IMG/VR virus record: IMGVR_UViG_3300021197_000131
Location: 1 to 55,166 of that record
DNA length: 55,166 nt
Reading direction: 5' to 3' (one strand)
From: a virus
Lineage: Duplodnaviria > Caudoviricetes
The translations under genes were made by a program, and so were the position numbers. The notes under the pieces are model-generated. The model did not search any database, was not told where the DNA came from, and was given only the letters and a program-made list of their open reading frames with translations. The stretch's first letter is position 1. Each line of letters opens with the position of its first letter. Shown in pieces: positions 48,431 to 55,166 of the stretch.

Positions 48431-49296
48431 ACGTCTTTGTCTTTCTTACCTTCTTCATATAAATCTATTCTATAGTTTATACGTTCTTCAAAGTCTTTAC
48501 GATTCATGTCATTACAGATTACAGCATAAAACCAATTTAACCATTTTGTTCTATGTTTTTGTTGCACAGGTTTAACATCTAATATACTACTATCTAACTT
48601 AGGTATTAGAGGTATTAAATCAATCATTGGCCCTGCTCTCATCATAAACGTAGGTTTATTTTTAACAAGAGCTTTAAATGACAATGCACTATCTGAACTA
48701 AATACAAGATTTGCACCTTCAACTAATTCTTCACTACGATAACCATGACAGTATTTTGTGTATTCTGTAACATATCCTTTTTTATTAGCATGTGTCCAGA
48801 ATTTGGGATAGTTTTGGTGTACATCTGCCGCAGGGTGTGTTTTAAATAAAGTATATTGTTTGTTTTCTGTTGCCCACCTCATAGCAGCTAAAGTATTAAA
48901 GTAGTCTTTTGGGTATATCATTTGTAAACAAAACAAATTATAGGGTCTGTCTTTTACAAAAATACCTTCATGTTGTTTATACCTGTCATTAGACAGGTTG
49001 TAAAAAATATCGTATATGTCTTCGTTTTCATCTGCATTTAAGTAGTCCATAGTCTTATCGTATCTAGTAATGTAAAGACCTTTTGACAACCTCATATGTG
49101 GAAAGTTACCAAACCCCCCTGAAAATTCATAGTCTGGTGCAATTTGTTCCCATCCAACAGTTCGACCATCTAAACGTTTTCCTAAAACTTCACACATCCG
49201 TTTCATTAAAGGCACTAACTCTGCCTTACCGTGTGCATGTTGTCTTACTTTATACCAGTGAAGATAAAACTTACTGACGTAATTTGTAATGTCCAT
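48388..49296 (-). CDS. Capsule-polysaccharide-synthesis/GT-B glycosyltransferase-like protein
   Basis: FCLQ, LFKTHP, ELVEGANLVFSSDSALSFKALVKNKP resemble the KpsC/KpsS-type nucleotide-sugar domain. Confidence 0.6.
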   Translation of the reverse strand: MDITNYVSKFYLHWYKVRQHAHGKAELVPLMKRMCEVLGKRLDGRTVGWEQIAPDYEFSGGFGNFPHMRLSKGLYITRYDKTMDYLNADENEDIYDIFYNLSNDRYKQHEGIFVKDRPYNLFCLQMIYPKDYFNTLAAMRWATENKQYTLFKTHPAADVHQNYPKFWTHANKKGYVTEYTKYCHGYRSEELVEGANLVFSSDSALSFKALVKNKPTFMMRAGPMIDLIPLIPKLDSSILDVKPVQQKHRTKWLNWFYAVICNDMNRKDFEERINYRIDLYEEGKKDKDVCKWNTFKSRGLIL

Positions 49297-49788
49297 TCAA
49301 GATAGAAACCCAAACGAAAATCTACGTCCTTTAGCCCAGATCGTATGCCAAAACAAATCATCTTTGGATATTTTAAATTGATTAACGTTCCAACCTATAT
49401 CATCTTGGACAGAAACTATTTCTCCTGTTTCAACATCTTTATACCTAAAGATACCACCATCCATAGAAAAAGTATAATAAGTTCTTATTCCCTCTAAATC
49501 ACTGTTTGTATGCCACGGCAACATAGTTTTTGGGGGGTAATAAATACTATTAGTAACACGTTTTGCTTTAAGTATTTCTCTGCATTGATCTAATTGTGAA
49601 TCATAGCCTCGTAAAGGTATACCAGAAAAGGTAGTAGATACGTCTTTTTTAGGTATAGGTCTTTCTAAAAACTGTTCTTCTGTAAAACTTTTATTGATCT
49701 TTCCTTCAACCCAAACAGCCTTACTTGCCATTATTAATTCACCAAGTATTTTTGTAACTTCGTCTAAGGGCTTTTCTTTTGTTAGCAT
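49297..49788 (-). CDS. Cupin/2OG-oxygenase-like protein
   Basis: YYPP..MLPWHTNSD...FWHTIW...RFSFGF. Confidence 0.6.
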   Translation of the reverse strand: MLTKEKPLDEVTKILGELIMASKAVWVEGKINKSFTEEQFLERPIPKKDVSTTFSGIPLRGYDSQLDQCREILKAKRVTNSIYYPPKTMLPWHTNSDLEGIRTYYTFSMDGGIFRYKDVETGEIVSVQDDIGWNVNQFKISKDDLFWHTIWAKGRRFSFGFLS

Positions 49789-49790
49789 TA

Positions 49791-50219
49791 TTATAAACCT
49801 AGCATGTCTTTCATAGCTTGTTGCTCTGCTTGTGTTAAAATGTTATCTTCAAAATAAGCAGCCACAGCTTCATTTCCTAAAATTTGAACTGCAACAAGTT
49901 GTATAACATCAAAATCATCAGGTTGATCTTCTTTATTTAAGTGTGAATATATAGAAAGATATTCATGCAACTTCTTTTTATGTCTAATACTTCCAAAAGA
50001 ATACACGTTATCAGGTACAAATGCTTTACCAGTATCTTTGTTATAGTGTAACACAGTAAACTCATCTGATTCGTATGAGCCTATTTGTTCGCCTGAAAGT
50101 TCCACTTGAAAAGCAACTCTTCCCTCTCTGTCTATTATTTTTTCCACAAAAGAATCGTCAAATTTTTCATCACTGGACGTACAATAGCTAGTGTCTGCGT
50201 TAAATATAAACCAAGTCAT
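49791..50219 (-). CDS. Hypothetical acidic protein (possible fibre chaperone)
   Basis: 142 aa directly after the fibre gene. Confidence 0.6.
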   Translation of the reverse strand: MTWFIFNADTSYCTSSDEKFDDSFVEKIIDREGRVAFQVELSGEQIGSYESDEFTVLHYNKDTGKAFVPDNVYSFGSIRHKKKLHEYLSIYSHLNKEDQPDDFDVIQLVAVQILGNEAVAAYFEDNILTQAEQQAMKDMLGL

Positions 50220-50221
50220 TA

Positions 50222-52444
50222 TTAATATGTCCTATACACTTTTCTGAAAGCCCACCATGTAGTATAATAATCCCCACCCCAAGCATCTGTACCTGATCTG
50301 TCAAGTTTCATAAAAGGCCAATCATTGTCATCCTGAGCATTAAACCAGTTACTAAAATCATCTTGTTCATAGTTACCGCCGGGAACCCAATAAGTAGAAG
50401 CCCTCCAAGGGCCATACAAAAGACCACTAAAGGATGCACCTGACGGTCCTGTTGATCCTGTTGGTCCTGTCGGGCCAGTAGGTCCAGTTGGTCCAGTTGG
50501 GCCTGTACCACCATCACTACCTGCTGCTCCATTACTACCTGCAGGTCCAGTAGGTCCAGTTGGCCCTGTCGGCCCTTGCAGTGCTGCATTAGCAATAGTT
50601 TGCTTTTCCCATGCACTAGCACTAACATCATATACAGGGATAAGATCAGAAGACCCTGCATCTGTACCAGTAGAAAATGCAGTAAGGGCAGCACCTACAT
50701 TAGTTGCATCTGTTACATCTGAACTGGCTTCAACACCATCTAACTTTAGGCCATCTGCAGAAACATCTCTACCGTCTACAGTTCCTGAGACAACGACATT
50801 GCCAGTTACGTCAATACCTGTGGAAGTGGTGGCTAGTTTTTCATTGTTATTATGGTACAGCTTTACGTCAGAGTTATCGTTAAATTGAGCTAGAACCTGA
50901 GAGCTTTGATCCCGAAACTCAATAGTTCCTGCTGATGACGATCTTACGATTAGCTTACCCGTGGCGTTATCAATCTCCGTGTTTGTCCCATCATGATAAA
51001 TCTGTAGGTCACTACCTGTTCCAAAGATAGCCTTGCCATTATCTGCAAATTCGGCGTTACCAGTTACATCAATACCTGTTGCGTCTGTGCGGAGTTTTTC
51101 TTGATTGTCATAATAGAGCCGAACACCACCATCTTTAAATGCTCGGAGCATACTTTCAGAACCACCTTGCAAACGTATTTCAGAACCATCTGTGCGTAGA
51201 TATAGATTGCCAGTACCATCGTCTTGTATATAGCTATGAGAACCATCATGATAAATCTGTAGGTCACTATCTGCACCAAACTTGGCCTTGACGTTATCTC
51301 CGTGTGAGACATCACCAGTAAACGTACCCCCTGCTTTAGGCATGGCTGCATCAGCAGTAGTACCATCTGCAGCAACATCTCTACCGTCTACAGTGCCTGA
51401 TACAGTTATGTTGCCAGTTACGTTAATACCTGTGTTAGTTGTTGATAACTTTTCTGAGCCTTGATAATAAAGTTCTACGTCACCATCATTGGTTGCTCTA
51501 ACTGCGTTACGGATATTACCTGCACTATGCTGTTTTATAACAAGGTTTGAACTACCATCTTGGTTGCTGATTTGCATATCAGAACTGGCTGATGTACTTT
51601 CTTGTTGAATTACTAACCCACCATTACTATCATACATACGTCCAGTTGTGCCATAAGTGCTATCTTTAAATTCAAATTCCATAAAGTCATTAAACGTCAA
51701 AATATTTGCTGACTTATCAAAAACAAGATTTGAATTTGCGCCTGTAAACGTCACATCATCAGTAAACGTTCCACCTGCTTTTGGCATAGCTGCATCAGCA
51801 GTAGAACCTTGTGCAGCAGTTGCATAGTCAGAGCTATCAAAGGCTTTAACTTGAGAAAGGTTAGTTACCTCACTATCCATCAAAGCACCTGCAGAAGTTA
51901 CGTTGGCTGTATCTGTTACATCTGCTGATGCTTCAATATTATTTAACTTATTATGATCAGCATCAGTAAAGACGTTACTATCAGATGCAGCTTCAACGGC
52001 GGCTCTTATCTCTGCGTTTGTCTGATCTGCCGTAGCACTAGCTTCAATACCGTCTAGCTTATCACCGTCTGTAACAAGGTCACGTCCATCTATAGTGCCG
52101 GGAATAGATATATTACCTGATGCATCTTCATATACTGCTTTATCTGCAGGATATGTCATAAATATATTTTTAGTACCTGCAGAAAAATCTACAGCATTAT
52201 TAGAATTAGAACTGGCTAGGATAGTAGTTCTAGCTAAAGTATTACCACTACTAGTATAAGTACCAATACCTACTTCAAACTCATTATCATCACCTTGTTG
52301 CTCAATAGCATAGTAAGTGGTGTCGGCATTAGAAAGGGCAGAACTAAAGGTTTTAAACTTAGTTACTGCCCCTCCCAAAGAGATACTACCTGTACCTGTA
52401 GTTGTGGTTGTTTCTTTAACCCTATCTTTTACGACAAGTGCCAT
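50222..52444 (-). CDS. Fibre protein with modular repeats, collagen-like segment and aromatic tip
   Basis: [20 protein letters not shown]-domain; repeated [16 protein letters not shown] and EKL.T..TG; 15 Gly-X-Y triplets at 50438-50575. Confidence 0.88.
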   Translation of the reverse strand: MALVVKDRVKETTTTTGTGSISLGGAVTKFKTFSSALSNADTTYYAIEQQGDDNEFEVGIGTYTSSGNTLARTTILASSNSNNAVDFSAGTKNIFMTYPADKAVYEDASGNISIPGTIDGRDLVTDGDKLDGIEASATADQTNAEIRAAVEAASDSNVFTDADHNKLNNIEASADVTDTANVTSAGALMDSEVTNLSQVKAFDSSDYATAAQGSTADAAMPKAGGTFTDDVTFTGANSNLVFDKSANILTFNDFMEFEFKDSTYGTTGRMYDSNGGLVIQQESTSASSDMQISNQDGSSNLVIKQHSAGNIRNAVRATNDGDVELYYQGSEKLSTTNTGINVTGNITVSGTVDGRDVAADGTTADAAMPKAGGTFTGDVSHGDNVKAKFGADSDLQIYHDGSHSYIQDDGTGNLYLRTDGSEIRLQGGSESMLRAFKDGGVRLYYDNQEKLRTDATGIDVTGNAEFADNGKAIFGTGSDLQIYHDGTNTEIDNATGKLIVRSSSAGTIEFRDQSSQVLAQFNDNSDVKLYHNNNEKLATTSTGIDVTGNVVVSGTVDGRDVSADGLKLDGVEASSDVTDATNVGAALTAFSTGTDAGSSDLIPVYDVSASAWEKQTIANAALQGPTGPTGPTGPAGSNGAAGSDGGTGPTGPTGPTGPTGPTGSTGPSGASFSGLLYGPWRASTYWVPGGNYEQDDFSNWFNAQDDNDWPFMKLDRSGTDAWGGDYYTTWWAFRKVYRTY

Positions 52445-52467
52445 AGTATACCCCTACTTCTTTTGTT

Positions 52468-52905
52468 TTAGGCGATACGAATGACTGCTGTAGATGCTCC
52501 TGCAGCAGGAAATTCAATAGTAAGATCACCTGCGGTAGCACTGACTGTACCACCAAAGTCAATTACTGCAATAGCTTTATTAGATGCAGATGCATTATAA
52601 ATAATACAACCTGCTGCAGAAGTGGTTACGTTAGAAAATACCTCGTCTGCAAAATCTACTAAGGCAGTAGTTCCTGATGTAGTAATAGCTGCACTGTCTA
52701 GGTTTTGACCCCCTGCAGTGTAGTTAGTACCTGTAGCCTCATCAGAGTTACCTGTAACATTTGAGTAGTTTGTTGTAGCTGCCCCATATGTTCCAGACAT
52801 CCCACTCTTAATTAAAGCCAATTTAATTGTGTGAGTGTTTAAGTCGTGTGCACCATCAAGTAGCTCAGACTTAAAACTTGTACACATTGCTGTTGTGATT
52901 GCCAT
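52468..52905 (-). CDS. Putative capsid decoration/fibre-base structural protein
   Basis: 145 aa directly after the MCP; MAITTAMCTSFK...DFGG pattern. Confidence 0.65.
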   Translation of the reverse strand: MAITTAMCTSFKSELLDGAHDLNTHTIKLALIKSGMSGTYGAATTNYSNVTGNSDEATGTNYTAGGQNLDSAAITTSGTTALVDFADEVFSNVTTSAAGCIIYNASASNKAIAVIDFGGTVSATAGDLTIEFPAAGASTAVIRIA

Positions 52906-52927
52906 TTTTTATCTCCATATAGCAATG

Positions 52928-52955
52928 AAGAGGCCACCCTAGAGCAGCCTCTTTG
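52928..52955 (-). terminator. Hairpin after major capsid gene
   Basis: AAGAGGC...GCCTCTT inverted repeat; weak U-tail. Confidence 0.5.
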
Positions 52956-52965
52956 TGTGTTAAGA

Positions 52966-54060
52966 TTAAGCTGCGTTGTAGTTCGCAGTTACGATTGCCT
53001 CTGGACGCAGGATTTTGCGACCATAAAGGTGCATCCCACGAACAATGTCAGCAAAGCTGTCAGGGTCACGATAGCTCTCAACGTTGTTGATTTGCTCAGC
53101 AGAAGCTACTGCTTCATCCTGACCACCAACGAGTACACCGAAGTTAGTCTCCTGTGCAAGTGCGCCACTTGTAGCTGCTCCTGTACCCAAGTAAGGCAGG
53201 TTGTTTGAAACATATACACGGAAGCCGTGCAAGTTATTCATTACCAAACCATTCTGTAGTCCAGAACCACCGAAGTCAGCATTCAACATGCGGCTGTCTT
53301 CGTCTTTCAGCATTTCTACAAATACCGGGTCAACTACGAGCCAACGACCACGTGAGTCAACATTGTTGGTATCCAACAGACGTGACATACGTGCTACCAC
53401 TGACAGAGGTGACACAGTGCTTGAAGACAACGCTGTTGCGCCGGGCAAGCGTGGTGCTAATGGGATAGAGTCACCTGCATTGTATGCAGTTGAAGCACTA
53501 TCAGCAGAACCCAACTGACCAAACTTAGTAGCGTCCAAGCGGTTAGCTGCCAAAAGTTCAGCACCTACTTTGTCGGCTGCAGAACCTGCAGAGCCTGAAG
53601 CACTAGCTTTGTCGCCAGAAGCAGTAGTGTTTACTGCCCATGAACCTGCTCCACCAGTGTAGCCTGAGAGATAACCCAAGCATTCTTCATCCATCTTGTC
53701 AGCCATTTTATAAGCTGCACGATCCGATGCCATGCGAACAAAGTCAACATGAGAGAACTGCTCTTCAATGTCATCCATTTTGAAAGCAAAGTAGTTAGCT
53801 TTGTCAATGGTCAAAGAGAAGTCTTGGTCATCAAGTTTCTCTACTGAGATACCTGTGTGACGCTGTAGAGCGTTGACGGTTACGTCAGGCTCTTTTTGGA
53901 TACGAACTGTATCCCCTTGATTTGCAATGTCTCCAAAGTAGGAGTTGTTAGTGATTGCGTTTACAACTGCAGATTTGCGAAGCGCAATCTGTGCAGTTTT
54001 TGAGTAGATAATTGGCGAGAAGTTGCCATTAAATCCACCTGATGCTGATGCAATAGCCAT
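52966..54060 (-). CDS. Major capsid protein
   Basis: 364 aa; FSPIIYS, GDTVRI, GFRVYVSNNLP, FADIVRGMHLYGRKILRPEA. Confidence 0.92.
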   Translation of the reverse strand: MAIASASGGFNGNFSPIIYSKTAQIALRKSAVVNAITNNSYFGDIANQGDTVRIQKEPDVTVNALQRHTGISVEKLDDQDFSLTIDKANYFAFKMDDIEEQFSHVDFVRMASDRAAYKMADKMDEECLGYLSGYTGGAGSWAVNTTASGDKASASGSAGSAADKVGAELLAANRLDATKFGQLGSADSASTAYNAGDSIPLAPRLPGATALSSSTVSPLSVVARMSRLLDTNNVDSRGRWLVVDPVFVEMLKDEDSRMLNADFGGSGLQNGLVMNNLHGFRVYVSNNLPYLGTGAATSGALAQETNFGVLVGGQDEAVASAEQINNVESYRDPDSFADIVRGMHLYGRKILRPEAIVTANYNAA

Positions 54061-54285
54061 AGTTATATTCCTTTCAAAGATATGGCGTTCAAATATAACA
54101 CTACATATTCACTGAAAAGAGGCTCTTTGTCTTAGGGTAGTCGGCTGTGTTATCAGGATGGCCGTCCTTCTAACGCCGGGCCTATACTTAGAGGTAGTTC
54201 TTTTAACGTGGTTAGTGCTTGTTAAAGCATACACACTTTAAATGTGCATATGCTATAGTTTTACATACGATAAGAGAAATGTCAA
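54061..54285 (-). promoter_or_regulatory. Capsid gene promoter and structured 5' leader
   Basis: TTGACA (54285-54280)-N16-TAAAAC; about 190-nt leader with hairpin and flanking direct repeats. Confidence 0.55.
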
Positions 54286-55166
54286 TCATTTCTTTGACAT
54301 ATCGTAAATAAAATTTCCTGTGCGCTGAGCTTCCATTATCTCATCCATGCGCTTCTCGTATTCCTTAATAGACATCTTAGCTACTTGAGATTCACGAATG
54401 TACTTAGACGAATCATCTGCCTCTGGTGTAGCTTTGCCCTTTGTCTTCACAGACGCTGCAGCAGCCTTGTCAGTGCCGCTTTTCTTTTTGGTAGTGATAC
54501 CCTTATCAGCTTTGTAAAGGTCAATCACACGTGCCACAGACTTAGCGTCTTCTGCATTCTCGTATAGAGCATCCTGTACCCACTTAGGCTGATCACCTGC
54601 CCATGTATGAAAAACATCATCTTCACGAATGTCAACAAAGTCAGGGTGAATACCTGCGAGTTCAGCTTCTGCTTTCTCTCGACGTGCAGTTACACGTAGC
54701 TCTTCTAGCTCTTGCATACGTGTCTCTAGATCAGTGGCACGTTCATTAGCTTTCTTATCAGCAATGGTTTCAATGATACCTGCAACGTCAGGGTACTTCT
54801 TAGCCCACGCATCTACTTCTTCTGTAGACTTAGGTAGTACAAGCTCATTCTTGGTTGCTGCGTCTAGCTGCGCCTCTAGCTTCTCAATCTTAGTTGAGAA
54901 CTCTTTTTGCTTATCATCCATGTGACGGCGAATATCACTGTATCGCTGCTTAAACGTTTTCTCTTCCGCACTTAAATCTTCTTCTTGTGCTTCTGATTTG
55001 GGTTCTTCTTTTTGTTTGGTATCACCCTCTGCCTGAACTGGTTGCTCGACAGGCTCTGCGCTACTGGATTCCTCTTCTGTAGCTTCTTCTGAAGTTTCTT
55101 GCCCATCTGGGATACCTGCTTCTTTTAGCAGCTTGCTTAGCTCTGCTTCATCACGCTGTACACGTG
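54286..55166 (-). CDS. Capsid scaffolding protein (5' end outside window)
   Basis: Frame open to the window edge; acidic N-region, TFKQRYSDIRRH, coiled coil; directly before the MCP. Confidence 0.8.
   Translation of the reverse strand, partial: RVQRDEAELSKLLKEAGIPDGQETSEEATEEESSSAEPVEQPVQAEGDTKQKEEPKSEAQEEDLSAEEKTFKQRYSDIRRHMDDKQKEFSTKIEKLEAQLDAATKNELVLPKSTEEVDAWAKKYPDVAGIIETIADKKANERATDLETRMQELEELRVTARREKAEAELAGIHPDFVDIREDDVFHTWAGDQPKWVQDALYENAEDAKSVARVIDLYKADKGITTKKKSGTDKAAAASVKTKGKATPEADDSSKYIRESQVAKMSIKEYEKRMDEIMEAQRTGNFIYDMSKK

Larger units (their letters stand above)
1..55166. mobile_element. Near-complete HMO-2011-type podovirus genome (circularly permuted, possibly temperate)
   Basis: Full set of terminase, portal, capsid, tail and replication genes; PolA with a DnaJ zinc-finger insert; integrase-primase-helicase-PolA order; no host housekeeping genes; both ends fall in the portal-to-scaffold part of the late operon. 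Confidence 0.88.

Noticed and set aside
50222-52444. Diversity-generating retroelement behind the fibre repeats
   Set aside because: No reverse transcriptase gene and no adenine-specific template/variable repeat pair seen
29368-54925. Many + strand ORFs within the structural arm (e.g. 39874-40386, 44486-44989, 45161-45724)
   Set aside because: Antisense to well-supported genes; explained by codon bias and repeats

Overview
This window is a near-complete, circularly permuted genome of a marine podovirus of the HMO-2011 type, probably infecting an alphaproteobacterium (Roseobacter group is my inference). The assignment rests on a family A DNA polymerase with a DnaJ-type CxxCxGxG zinc-finger insertion, a tyrosine integrase just upstream of the primase, and no recognisable phage RNA polymerase. 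The + strand arm (about 10.45-28.7 kb) carries small early genes, a C5 methyltransferase-like gene, integrase, primase, ThyX, helicase, PolA, SSB, nucleases, MazG, class II RNR, glutaredoxin and PhoH. The - strand arm carries packaging genes (about 9.5 kb to 1) and capsid, fibre, tail and internal-virion genes (55.2 kb to 28.75 kb). Both window ends cut ORFs: a >817-aa protein after the portal, missing from the ORF track, and the scaffold. Main observations: (1) a candidate standalone sRNA with its own promoter, two stems, a U-tail and an anti-Shine-Dalgarno/anti-AUG loop, in a genome that also encodes a DUF1127 protein; (2) a seven-gene AT-rich enzyme cassette (radical SAM/SPASM, 2OG/cupin oxygenases, glycosyltransferase-like) between a collagen-tipped fibre and a Ser/Thr-repeat fibre; (3) a polymorphic-toxin-like cargo gene beside the portal, with a [YFM]xxGG motif shared across late proteins; (4) alphaproteobacterial LexA-like boxes ahead of the early genes, with no recognisable CI repressor; (5) a cupredoxin-like insert in the tail nozzle protein; (6) apparent avoidance of CCWGG. 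All family assignments come from motif recognition by eye. No searches or computations were run.
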